Shown one piece after another: positions 10,078-20,019 of a stretch of 32,000 nucleotides of DNA (position 1 is the first letter of the stretch; every line of letters starts with the position of its first letter). Below the pieces are notes generated by a model that saw only the letters and a list, made by a program, of their open reading frames with translations, did not search any database and had not been told where the DNA came from. Source of the stretch: Methanobacteriaceae archaeon (GTDB taxonomy: Archaea; Methanobacteriota; Methanobacteria; Methanobacteriales; Methanobacteriaceae); the NCBI GenBank assembly GCA_030656015.1, contig JAUSNX010000012.1:208670-240669 (forward strand). Reading direction: 5' to 3'. A program made the translations under genes and the position numbers.

Positions 10078-10409
10078 GGGGATACTTCTGAATTATTAAT
10101 TATTAGTATTTAGTGGTAAAATTATAAATTAAATAGAATTAATTAATTAATTTAAATTATTTATATCTAATAATCTAATTCCTAAAACTAAAATCAACTG
10201 AAATAAATTAAGAAAATAAGATTAAATTAAGTACAAATAAAGTATATTTTATTCTATTAATAATTCATTCTGCCAATTAATTAATGATTATGGATGCAAT
10301 TCAAAGTACATATTTGTACAAAAAAGATTTAAATAGTACGGTGTGGTATTAATAAATAGCATATTAAGAAATTATGGGCAAATAAAATAAGATAAAAAAT
10401 GGTGATTAA

Positions 10410-11711
10410 ATGTACAAAATTACACTATCCTCAGATGAAATTCCAAAAAAATGGTATAATATAAATGCAGATTTACCGGTTCCTTTACCAGAGTATAAGG
10501 ACTCTGAAGAAGGTGGAAACCTTGCAAATCTTCCAAAAATCTTTTCAAAAGGTGTTCTAGAACAGGAAATGTCTCAAGAAAGATGGATTGATATTCCTAA
10601 AGAAGTAAGAGATGTTTACAAAATGATAGGAAGACCCAGTCCCCTATTTAGAGCTAAAAACCTGGAAGATCAACTTGACACCCCGGCCAAAATCTACTAC
10701 AAAAGGGAAGATTACTCTCCTACTGGCAGTCACAAGCTAAATACTGCTATTGCTCAAGCATATTACGCTAAAAAAGACGGAGCAGAACGTTTAACTACTG
10801 AAACTGGTGCTGGACAATGGGGAACTGCTTTATCCCTGGCATGTTCCATGCTGGAGATGGAATGTAAAGTGTACATGGTAAAAGTATCCTTCAACCAGAA
10901 ACCTTTCCGTAAAACCATTATGCAATTATATGGTGGAAATGTTATCCCCTCACCAAGCCCAGACACTGCATATGGGCGAAAAATATTGGCTGAAGATCCT
11001 GATCACCCCGGCTCATTAGGTATTGCTATTTCAGAAGCTGTGGAAGAAGCATTACAAGATGATAAGGTTTACTACACTTTAGGAAGTGTTTTAAACCACG
11101 TATTGCTCCACCAAACAGTTATTGGATTGGAAACTAAAAAACAGTTAAAAATTGCTGATGAAAGTCCAGATGTCATGATTGGTTGTGTAGGTGGAGGAAG
11201 TAACTTTGGTGGGGCTGTTTTCCCATTCATTAAAGACCAAATTGATGAGAAAATTGACTGTAAATTTATAGCAGCCGAGCCAAGTTCCTGTCCAACACTT
11301 ACCCAGGGAGAGTATTGTTATGACTTTGCAGATTCTGGTGAGATGACTCCTCGAATGAAAATGCACACCCTAGGCCACAGCTTTGTGCCCCCATCAGTAC
11401 ATGCCGGAGGACTCCGTTACCACGGAATGTCTCCACAAGTAGCTTTACTGGTTAAAGAAGGTCTTATAGAAGGTAGAACTGTAACTCAAGATGAAGTTTT
11501 CCAAAGTGGAATCACTTTTGCTAAAGCAGAAGGAGTAGTACCTGCTCCAGAAACTTGCCACGCTATTAAAGTGGCTATTGACGAAGCTAAAGCGTGTAAG
11601 AAAACTGGAGAAGAAAAAACAATTGTGGTCAGCTTCTCAGGCCATGGAATGCTTGATTTACAAGGATACGATGATTATTTGAATGGTAAACTTCCTAAAG
11701 ACAGCAAGTAA
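10410..11711 (+). CDS. trpB2: TrpB2-type tryptophan synthase beta-subunit-like PLP enzyme
   Basis: The long N-terminal extension ([17 protein letters not shown]) is typical of TrpB2. Also present are the PLP-lysine motif [10 protein letters not shown] and the GGGSN phosphate-binding loop ([10 protein letters not shown]). GGTGAT SD lies 4 nt before the ATG. There is no trpA neighbour. Confidence 0.9.
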   Translation: MYKITLSSDEIPKKWYNINADLPVPLPEYKDSEEGGNLANLPKIFSKGVLEQEMSQERWIDIPKEVRDVYKMIGRPSPLFRAKNLEDQLDTPAKIYYKREDYSPTGSHKLNTAIAQAYYAKKDGAERLTTETGAGQWGTALSLACSMLEMECKVYMVKVSFNQKPFRKTIMQLYGGNVIPSPSPDTAYGRKILAEDPDHPGSLGIAISEAVEEALQDDKVYYTLGSVLNHVLLHQTVIGLETKKQLKIADESPDVMIGCVGGGSNFGGAVFPFIKDQIDEKIDCKFIAAEPSSCPTLTQGEYCYDFADSGEMTPRMKMHTLGHSFVPPSVHAGGLRYHGMSPQVALLVKEGLIEGRTVTQDEVFQSGITFAKAEGVVPAPETCHAIKVAIDEAKACKKTGEEKTIVVSFSGHGMLDLQGYDDYLNGKLPKDSK

Positions 11712-11749
11712 TCATTAAAGTACCAAAATTAATGTATTGAAATTGAAAA

Positions 11750-11782
11750 AATAAGATTAAAGATTTAATCTTATTCTTTTTT
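11750..11782 (+). terminator. Intrinsic-terminator-like hairpin + T-tract after trpB2
   Basis: Perfect inverted repeat aataagattaaa-ga-tttaatcttatt (12-bp arms) is immediately followed by cttttttaactttt. It lies 39 nt after the stop codon. Confidence 0.5.
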
Positions 11783-12090
11783 AACTTTTAAATTATTTTT
11801 TTTAATGCTAATCAGCAAATAGAGTTCATTTGTTAATTTTTAGTGGATTTTATAATGTAAATAAGCTAAATAAAGAGATATATTTTTTAATAATTTTTTA
11901 TAATTTCTACAATCCAATAAGGCCCGTTTATTAAATAAATTTTACTTTAAAATCAGTTATTTATTAAAAATAAGCTTTATAAATGATTAAAAAATTATCT
12001 TCGATATATATAAATATCATCATTGATTATCTAAAATAAAAGATTGATAACTATCAACATATTTTTACTAAATTTCATTAAGGTGATAAA

Positions 12091-12378
12091 ATGGATTATA
12101 AAACTGTTGTCATAGCATTTATGGCCGTCATAGTTGTCTTGCTGGCCGGAGTAAATGCAATTTTCTTAATAAGTCCGTCAGAAGACCTAAATAATAGTAC
12201 CCTAGCATTAGGCAATAATACAACTACCAATACTTCTTACTCAGTTAATAACAGTAACTCTACTGAAGAGCCAAGCCATAAGGTGGCCTACAAGAAAAAA
12301 ACAAATAATACCAGTCATAACACAACTAAACACAATACTACTCCCTATATCAAGCCTAACAATACACCAGAAACATAA
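12091..12378 (+). CDS. Small N-terminally anchored Asn/Thr-rich protein, dense in N-glycosylation sequons (hypothetical)
   Basis: AGGTGAT SD lies 3 nt before the ATG. There is one N-terminal TM/signal helix (VVIAFMAVIVVLLAGVNAIFLI) followed by low-complexity N/T/S/K sequence with many NxS/T sites. It has no homology that I recognise. Confidence 0.55.
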   Translation: MDYKTVVIAFMAVIVVLLAGVNAIFLISPSEDLNNSTLALGNNTTTNTSYSVNNSNSTEEPSHKVAYKKKTNNTSHNTTKHNTTPYIKPNNTPET

Positions 12379-12565
12379 ACACAACAATTCTACTATTTTT
12401 TAATTTTTATTCAAATATTTTTTAAAATTATTTTTTTAAAGACAAACATGGAAACTCTTTTTATTTGCTAATTTTTCTACTACTACCATAGAAAATATAA
12501 ATGGATTAAATAAATAATAATTATATATAAATAAAACTATATTTTTGATTGGATTATCATTCAAT

Positions 12566-12580
12566 GGTTTATATTAATAT
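12566..12580 (+). promoter_or_regulatory. Candidate TATA box for fae-hps
   Basis: ggTTTATATTaatat lies about 45-55 nt upstream of the ATG at 12622. A strong AGGAGG SD sits at 12610-12615. Confidence 0.3.
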
Positions 12581-12621
12581 TATAATCAAAAAACCATGAA
12601 ATTCTATAAAGGAGGACTTTA

Positions 12622-13842
<1,221 letters not shown>

Positions 13843-14071
13843 TCTTAATTGATTGATAACTCGATTTATTTATTTTTTTACTTTTTTGTTCTATTTATTT
13901 CATTTATTTTTTTACCATTCTTATTTATGATATTTATGGCAAAATAATCGTTTTTTAAAATTATATTTTTTTAAATATAGTATTAAAAGCTAAATTTTAT
14001 TAGAATAAAGCTACTAATCTCTAACTATATAATTCTTATAAATTTTTTTAAGATTTGACGAGGTAATCATC

Positions 14072-14674
14072 ATGATAGTGGGAATATGCGGCAGTCCAAG
14101 AAAAAAGGCCACAGATCACGTTTTAAAAGAAGCTCTCACCATGTTGGAAGATAAGGGTTTTGAAACAACATTTTATGGAGTAAGAGGCAAAAATATTGGG
14201 CCTTGCAAGCACTGCGATTACTGTCTAAGAAAAAAAGAGTGTTTCCTAAAAGATGACATGAGCGAAGTATATGAATTACTGAATAATGCACAGGGAATTA
14301 TAATAGCCAGCCCCATGTATAATGGTGGAGTAAGCGGACAAATAAAGTGTATAATGGACCGGTGCCGAGCCTTAGGAGCAGCAGATTACGATTCTCTACG
14401 GGGAAAAATTGGAATGGGTATTGCTGTGGGCGGCGACCGTTCCGGTGGTCAGGAGATGGCCCTGCTACAAATTCACACCTACTACATATTAAGTGGAGTA
14501 ATTCCCGTGAGCGGGGGATCCTTTGGGGCCAATTTAGGGGCCTGTTTATGGTCTAAGGATTCACTTGATGGCGTTAAGGAAGATAAAGAAGGTTTCCGGA
14601 CATTACGAAAAACCGTGCATATGTTTGCAAGATATCTAGAAAATTATAATCCGGAAACTCATAAAAAACCTTGA
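14072..14674 (+). CDS. Iron-sulfur flavoprotein (Isf; NADPH-dependent FMN reductase fold with compact 4-Cys cluster)
   Basis: The flavodoxin-like start IVGICGSPRKK is followed by CKHCDYCLRKKEC (C-x2-C-x2-C-x5-C), the Isf-family [4Fe-4S] motif known from methanogens. Confidence 0.85.
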   Translation: MIVGICGSPRKKATDHVLKEALTMLEDKGFETTFYGVRGKNIGPCKHCDYCLRKKECFLKDDMSEVYELLNNAQGIIIASPMYNGGVSGQIKCIMDRCRALGAADYDSLRGKIGMGIAVGGDRSGGQEMALLQIHTYYILSGVIPVSGGSFGANLGACLWSKDSLDGVKEDKEGFRTLRKTVHMFARYLENYNPETHKKP

Positions 14675-14856
14675 TTTTAGTATTTTTTTATTCCTAAATT
14701 ATTTCTTATGTTAGTTTATTTTAGGCAAAAACTATTAAAAATATACCAGCCATTAAGCAAGTTTATAAACTAATATTCTAAATAATATTTAGTTTAATTA
14801 AATTTTATTTATTTTACGAAATCATACTCGACTAAATATGATTTCCCGGTGATTCA

Positions 14857-16416
14857 ATGAGTACAAGTAAGGGCACAGCAAAGCTACTTAGAGGAAGTTT
14901 CCTCTTAATGATTAGTAATCTCCTATTTAGAGTAGGAGGTTACGTATATCGATTTTTAATGGCCCGAATGCTGGGCCCTGAAGGATACGGAATATTAGGA
15001 TACACCTTATTTTTCCAAGGAGTATTTCAGGTCCTATCCGCCGGAGGACTGCCTCCAGCAATCGCCAAATATGTTTCTCAGCATAAAGCCCTTGAAGAAG
15101 ACCAAATGGCCAGTCAGGTGGTTTTCACATCATTAAAATTTATGATGTTTCTGGGAATTTTATTTTCCATAGTTATGTTTTTCATTGGGCCAATGATAGC
15201 CAATAATATATGGCATAAGCCCGCTGCAGCTCTTCCTCTTCAAGCAGTAGCACTAATAACTCCTTTCAGCGTTATAGTTGGGGCTTTCAGAGGCGCATTC
15301 CAGGGAATATATAAAATGGAATATGTGGTAATTACCCGAGCAGTGGAACAAGTTTTCATGATTGTTTTTGCAGTCATTCTAGTTATGCTCGGATTTTACG
15401 CCGCAGGAGCTGTGATTGGGACAGGAATAGGATTTATGGCCTCTGCAGTTTCTGCAATCATCATTTTTAGAAAATATATGTGGAAATATCTACCATCTCT
15501 TGATCCAGAACATAAATTCAATTTTAGGCAAGAACTGGGGCTTATCAAGACTCTTTTAATATTCTCCATACCCGTTATCATCACCGCATTATCTGAAATG
15601 TCTATTTATGGAGCAAGTATATTTATATTGGGAATTTTTATGGCTACCAAATTTAGTGGTTATTATAACGCCGTGGATCCTATAGCTCGCCTTCCACTAG
15701 TAATTTCTCTCTCAGTAGCTACGGCAGTACTTCCAGCCGCGTCTGAAGCCTTTGCTTTGAAAGATAAAGCATTATTAACAACTTATATAGTTCAATCTTA
15801 TCGTATGGTAGTTTTAACTGTTCTTCCTCTCTGTATTGGTATTGCTATTTTTTCTGGTCCTCTTTTGGAGCTTCTTTTTGGTGTTAATTATGTATATGGG
15901 GCAGGAGCATTAAGCATACTAGTAATTGGAATGGCATTTTATACGTTATTCATGGTCTCTTCTAGTATAGCCCAGGGATTAGGCTATCCCAGATTACCCA
16001 TGTACATTTTAGTAGTAGGTAGCGTGGTAAATATAACTTTGAACTGGTTCCTCATACAATTTTACGGAATAATTGGTGCTGCATTGGCTACAACTATTAC
16101 TGCGTTTGTTATAATGATCCCCATTTTGTGGAAAACCTACAAAATTACTGAAGTGAAGTTACCATTTATGTCCTTTGCTAAAATAACTTTAGCATCTGCA
16201 GTCATGGGATTAGGAATGTTTTTTATCCCCCAAACAATCTTCGGGCTGATTCTAGCTATTATAATTGCACCAATAATATATGTAATAGCTTTTACATTTT
16301 TAAAAGGATTTGAAAAAAGAGACATCCGTATGATGCGCCGGATGGGAACTAAATTAGGTCCATTATCCAGTATCAACGAAAAATTGGTTAAGTTTATAGA
16401 AAAGTATTCCCTATAA
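14857..16416 (+). CDS. MOP-superfamily flippase (Wzx/MurJ-like polysaccharide or lipid-linked-oligosaccharide exporter)
   Basis: 519 aa with about 14 TM helices. The N-terminus LLRGSFLLMISNLLFRVGGYVYRFLMARMLGPEGYGI is typical of 'polysaccharide biosynthesis protein' (Polysacc_synt/MVIN) families. Confidence 0.8.
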   Translation: MSTSKGTAKLLRGSFLLMISNLLFRVGGYVYRFLMARMLGPEGYGILGYTLFFQGVFQVLSAGGLPPAIAKYVSQHKALEEDQMASQVVFTSLKFMMFLGILFSIVMFFIGPMIANNIWHKPAAALPLQAVALITPFSVIVGAFRGAFQGIYKMEYVVITRAVEQVFMIVFAVILVMLGFYAAGAVIGTGIGFMASAVSAIIIFRKYMWKYLPSLDPEHKFNFRQELGLIKTLLIFSIPVIITALSEMSIYGASIFILGIFMATKFSGYYNAVDPIARLPLVISLSVATAVLPAASEAFALKDKALLTTYIVQSYRMVVLTVLPLCIGIAIFSGPLLELLFGVNYVYGAGALSILVIGMAFYTLFMVSSSIAQGLGYPRLPMYILVVGSVVNITLNWFLIQFYGIIGAALATTITAFVIMIPILWKTYKITEVKLPFMSFAKITLASAVMGLGMFFIPQTIFGLILAIIIAPIIYVIAFTFLKGFEKRDIRMMRRMGTKLGPLSSINEKLVKFIEKYSL

Positions 16417-16435
16417 TAAACTAAGAGGTTTTATC

Positions 16436-17128
16436 ATGACTAGGGCACGGAAAGCAGAGTACAATTTAAATATTAATGGCAAGAACATGCTCATGGATAG
16501 CCGCAGGTTTGAGCTTTTAAAGAAAATTGATAATTGTGGCTCTATTATGAATGCCTCCAAAAAAACAGGGACCCCCTATAGAACTGCCCTAAAATACATT
16601 GAAGTAATGGAAGAAACCATGGGCCATGAAGTTGTTTTCACCACTCGCGGGGGACGTGGAGGTGGAGGAGGGAGCAAATTATCTTCACTGGGTAAAGAGA
16701 TTGTGAAAGAATACACCAAAATTGAAAAAGTTCTTCAAAAAGTTTCCCAGACTAATGAATTGGGCGGAAAAATTTCTTTAATTGATGAAGAAGGAAAAGT
16801 AATGCATATTGACTTCAATGGTGAAGACATAGTATTGCCCCTAAATGTGGATTTTAAAATTGATGATGATATAATTCTCCTTATAAGTCCAGAAGACATC
16901 ATTATAATGCTCGAACCTCAAGAATCCAGTGTTAGAAATATAATCGAGGGGAAAATAGTAGGTTTAAAACTTCATGATGATATGGTAAGACTTGAAATCC
17001 AATTAAATAACAAAGAAACTCTAGATGTTGATGTTACAGAATTTTCAAGAGAAAAGTTAGGATTAGATCTGGGAAAAGTTGTTTTCATAGGGTTTAAGGC
17101 AGTTTCACTATCTGTAGTTAAAGGCTGA
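16436..17128 (+). CDS. ModE-like transcriptional regulator (ModE N-terminal HTH + TOBE/Mop-type domains)
   Basis: RFELLKKIDNCGSIMNASKKTGTPYRTALKYIEVMEE...TRGGRGGGGGSKLSSLGKE matches the ModE N-domain HTH and Gly-rich loop. The C-terminus VRNIIEGKIVGLK...VRLEIQL...V.FIGFKAVSLSV is a TOBE domain, preceded by a second, degenerate TOBE-like segment. AAGAGGT SD is present. The gene starts 19 nt after the flippase stop. Confidence 0.8.
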   Translation: MTRARKAEYNLNINGKNMLMDSRRFELLKKIDNCGSIMNASKKTGTPYRTALKYIEVMEETMGHEVVFTTRGGRGGGGGSKLSSLGKEIVKEYTKIEKVLQKVSQTNELGGKISLIDEEGKVMHIDFNGEDIVLPLNVDFKIDDDIILLISPEDIIIMLEPQESSVRNIIEGKIVGLKLHDDMVRLEIQLNNKETLDVDVTEFSREKLGLDLGKVVFIGFKAVSLSVVKG

Positions 17129-17158
17129 TTACAATAGTATGAAATTCATTAAATAGCT

Positions 17159-17193
17159 AGTTATAAGTTGTAACTTATAAGTTATCAGTTATC
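17159..17193. repeat. Copy B of dispersed TTATAAGTT/AACTTATAA element (perfect 9-bp inverted repeat, 2-nt spacer)
   Basis: agTTATAAGTTgtAACTTATAAgttatcagttatc lies between the modE-like stop (17128) and the ferredoxin start (17209/17215). It could overlap the TATA box of the fdx-hisB unit. Confidence 0.75.
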
Positions 17194-17208
17194 ATTATAT
17201 CACGAGGA

Positions 17209-17448
17209 ATGTTTATGAGAATAGAAGTTGATCAAGAAAAGTGCACTGGTTGCGGTAACTGCCTGGAAATCTGTCCAAAAGGATATAGAATCTGGAAAAA
17301 GAATTCTGAAGGGAAAGCTGAAATAAAAGATTTAACTTTATGCCATGTTTGCACATTATGCGCCAGTAAATGTCGCGCAGATGCTATAAAAATCGTAAGG
17401 GATGCTAATGAACAAAAGGAAAATGAAATTAAGCAGGAAAACCTCTGA
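17209..17448 (+). CDS. 2x[4Fe-4S] ferredoxin-type protein
   Basis: It carries [12 protein letters not shown] and [11 protein letters not shown] cluster motifs. The GAGGA SD fits the second ATG (17215) better than the first. Confidence 0.8.
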   Translation: MFMRIEVDQEKCTGCGNCLEICPKGYRIWKKNSEGKAEIKDLTLCHVCTLCASKCRADAIKIVRDANEQKENEIKQENL

Positions 17449-17989
17449 AACTGATATTGAAATCATTCTAGATTTGGATGGTCAGGGAAATTATGATATC
17501 CAAACCGGTGTGGAATTCTTTGACCACATGTTAGAATCATTTGCCAGACATGGATTTTTCGATCTAGAAATTAAGGCCACCGGTGATGTGAGCGTAGATG
17601 ACCATCACACCGTGGAAGATGTGGGAATACTTTTAGGCGAAGTATTTAACCAGGCAGTAGGCGATAAAAAAGGGATAAACAGAATATCCCATTCATTGGT
17701 ACCCATGGATGAAGCATTGGCCATGGTGGCCGTGGATATAAGTGGCCGAAGCTATTGTGTAATGGATATGCAATTTACCCAGCAAAAAGTTGGTGAATTA
17801 TCCACTGAGAATGTGGAACATTTCTTAGAATCCTTTGCCAGCAGCGCCAGAATAAATATTAATGCCAAGGTAGAAGGTGAAAATGACCACCACCAGATTG
17901 AAGCACTTTTTAAGGCACTGGCCCGAGCTCTTAAGGACGCTTTACAAGTGGAACATGATCAAATACCTAGTACTAAAGGCATATTATGA
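17408..17989 (+). CDS. hisB: Imidazoleglycerol-phosphate dehydratase
   Basis: [38 protein letters not shown] and [17 protein letters not shown] are the canonical IGPD metal-binding motifs. The ORF is open from 17402. Possible ATGs are at 17402, 17408 (TAAGGGAT SD) and 17423, and all of them overlap the ferredoxin 3' end. Confidence 0.92.
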   Translation: MNKRKMKLSRKTSETDIEIILDLDGQGNYDIQTGVEFFDHMLESFARHGFFDLEIKATGDVSVDDHHTVEDVGILLGEVFNQAVGDKKGINRISHSLVPMDEALAMVAVDISGRSYCVMDMQFTQQKVGELSTENVEHFLESFASSARININAKVEGENDHHQIEALFKALARALKDALQVEHDQIPSTKGIL

Positions 17990-18318
17990 TAATTGTAAAT
18001 TTTTGGTCAGATATTATAAAATAAAAAAAACTCTGGGTTTTAGTTTTTTATATGATATTAATTTACTGATTATGGCTTTAGTTTCCATAGCAATTTAATT
18101 TATTTATCCTTTCTGTAAATTGATAATTTAGTTATATCTTGTGGAATTATTAGTTCTTCCTCTGTTTTATAAAGTGTAGCTAAACGAAAATATAAAATAA
18201 TCGGCTTAAGTATATATGCTCCATATGGGAATTGTTTATTGTCTTGAATTTGTTATTTTAAAAAGAAATTAAAATAAAAATTTAATTAATTCTTAAAAAA
18301 GATAAAAAAGAATAATAA

Positions 18319-18618
18319 TTAAATCAAAGAACTATATTCTTTTCTCAGTAAAATCAATTCTCTTTCCATGTCACTTAATTCATATGATTCTATATGAATG
18401 TCCAGTTGGTTGTAATTATCCAAAACATGCTCAATTTTGTCTAAAACCAAGTCAATTTTATTAATCTGAAACTTAATATAATCTATGTAATGTGAAACAT
18501 CTTCCTGTGTGGAATCTGTAAGATCTTTCGTCTTAATTTCAGACAATTTAGCTGTGGAAGAAACATTTATTTCATTGTATTCATCAAATATACTATCTAT
18601 TTCTGATTTTGAAAACAT
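18319..18618 (-). CDS. Small acidic, predicted all-helical/coiled-coil protein (hypothetical), operonic with the HD protein
   Basis: AGGGGAT SD lies 4 nt before the ATG, which is 28 nt downstream of the HD-gene stop. The 99-aa product is rich in D/E/I/L/K with a heptad-like pattern and belongs to no family I recognise. Confidence 0.6.
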   Translation of the reverse strand: MFSKSEIDSIFDEYNEINVSSTAKLSEIKTKDLTDSTQEDVSHYIDYIKFQINKIDLVLDKIEHVLDNYNQLDIHIESYELSDMERELILLRKEYSSLI

Positions 18619-18646
18619 TGTAATCCCCTAAATAATTATTCTTTAA

Positions 18647-19873
18647 TTATTCTTCAATCAATTCCTCTAAACTATGGAAAATATGGCCAAAATCGTTGCC
18701 AGAAACTTTTTTAGATTTCCAATCACCCATAATGCTTTTTTGAGCATCTTCCAAATCTTTAGAAGTGACTCCATGACGAATAGAAATCTTGGCCTCGGCA
18801 AAGGCTGCTAGTTGATCACAGGCCTTGACCAGTTCCCCATCTAAAGGATAATATTCATTTTTGTTGTATTTTTTATTTAAATCATTAAATGAAACGAACT
18901 TAATATTTTCAGAATCCTTAATTTTATTTTTAAATTCATCACCCGTGAAATAAAGCATCTCTTCATGCCAGGTCTTGGGAAGAAGAGGTAATAATTCCTC
19001 TTTCATTTGATAATCTTCATATTCTTTTATAATATCATCCAGTCCTTTAACTGAACGCTTCACCGGTGAAATTATATCTTTAGTCATTACTTCTGGCAAA
19101 TCGTGGAATAATCCTGCGAAAAAGTTGTTATAAATTCGTTTTTCACATGCTTTAACTCCCATTTCCAAGGTACAAAGATAAGAAGTGGTAGCGACTATCA
19201 ACATATGGCCCAAAACAGATGTTTCCGGAATTCGTGGCGAGTGTGCCCATCTTTTCTGGAATCTAAGCTGTCCGCAAAGATCAACGAATCCGAATGACTT
19301 CTTCTCCAACATAATCTTTTGAACACCTATTAAATCATAGTGATCTTCAATCTGGTTCTCTATTCTTTCTTTAGTTTTCTCAATTCCATAGATAAATGGA
19401 GCCGTATTATAGATTATCTTAAATTCCCAGTTAGTGGCTAAATAATGGGCTGCTCGAAGAATTCTCTTTTCCAAAGTGCTTTCTCTACTGGAAAGATAAT
19501 TTTTAAATTTTTCTTCAAAAGATGTATCCTTAAACCCGTTTAAGTCATGTTTCAATTCATTTAAAACATGCTGATTTAGTTCTTCTCTCTTTTCATCCAT
19601 CATTCGATGAAATACAGATGGTTTTAGGTCCGTTAAAACTAATCTATGTAAAAAATCAAATAAAAATCCTTCAATGAGATTAATCCAATTAATAGAATCT
19701 TTTCCTCGGCTATCTTCTTCAATCTTGGCTAAAACATATGCTATAATCATTTTATGGGCCTGTTTATCCAGTTCTGTAAGCTGCACAGGCCGGATATGAT
19801 CATTCCATCTTTCCATGGTGGCCGCCTTGAAGAAGCGTTCTATGAGGTTTTCTATCATTATTTTTACCTTCAT
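18647..19873 (-). CDS. Tandem HD-domain phosphohydrolase, YfbR (5'-deoxynucleotidase)-like: degenerate N-terminal copy + intact C-terminal copy
   Basis: The C-terminal half, RWAHSPRIPETSVLGHMLIVA...GLFHDLPEVMTKDIISPVK...DQLAAFAEA, matches the YfbR/HD_3 pattern (RW...E..seH...HD.sE..tGD.ptPvK...D). The N-terminal half repeats the scaffold (ERWNDHIRPVQLTELDKQAHKMIIA...GFLFDFLHRLVLTDLKPSV), but the HD dyad position reads DF. The true start may be ATG 19858 (AAGGT SD). Confidence 0.7.
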   Translation of the reverse strand: MKVKIMIENLIERFFKAATMERWNDHIRPVQLTELDKQAHKMIIAYVLAKIEEDSRGKDSINWINLIEGFLFDFLHRLVLTDLKPSVFHRMMDEKREELNQHVLNELKHDLNGFKDTSFEEKFKNYLSSRESTLEKRILRAAHYLATNWEFKIIYNTAPFIYGIEKTKERIENQIEDHYDLIGVQKIMLEKKSFGFVDLCGQLRFQKRWAHSPRIPETSVLGHMLIVATTSYLCTLEMGVKACEKRIYNNFFAGLFHDLPEVMTKDIISPVKRSVKGLDDIIKEYEDYQMKEELLPLLPKTWHEEMLYFTGDEFKNKIKDSENIKFVSFNDLNKKYNKNEYYPLDGELVKACDQLAAFAEAKISIRHGVTSKDLEDAQKSIMGDWKSKKVSGNDFGHIFHSLEELIEE

Positions 19874-19998
19874 TTAATGATTTATTAATTGATATTAGAA
19901 TAATATTAAATATATATTTATTTATTAATATTTTAAATCAGATTAATAGCCTACTTTAAATCATGAAAGTTCTTGAATTAATTTGCAGATACTTTAAT

Positions 19999-20017
19999 TA
20001 AAAAAAAGAAAAAAGAA
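19999..20017 (-). terminator. Oligo-T terminator candidate after the second adhesin gene
   Basis: The minus strand reads TCTTCTTTTTTCTTTTTTTTAATT immediately after the stop at 20020. Confidence 0.5.
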
Positions 20018-20019
20018 GA

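Noticed and set aside
10306-10319. Palindrome GTACA-TATT-TGTAC upstream of trpB2 as a regulator site
   Set aside because: The arms are only 5 bp, there is a single occurrence, and such matches are expected by chance in AT-rich spacers.
16646-16675. G-rich run (cgcgggggacgtggaggtggaggagggagc) as a slippery site, frameshift or G-quadruplex
   Set aside because: It encodes RGGRGGGGGS, the normal Gly-rich loop that follows the HTH in ModE N-terminal domains. The reading frame is intact on both sides.
17877-18098. 73-aa ORF overlapping the hisB 3' end and running into the spacer
   Set aside because: It is out of frame within hisB and has no SD. Its downstream half is AT-rich spacer read-through.
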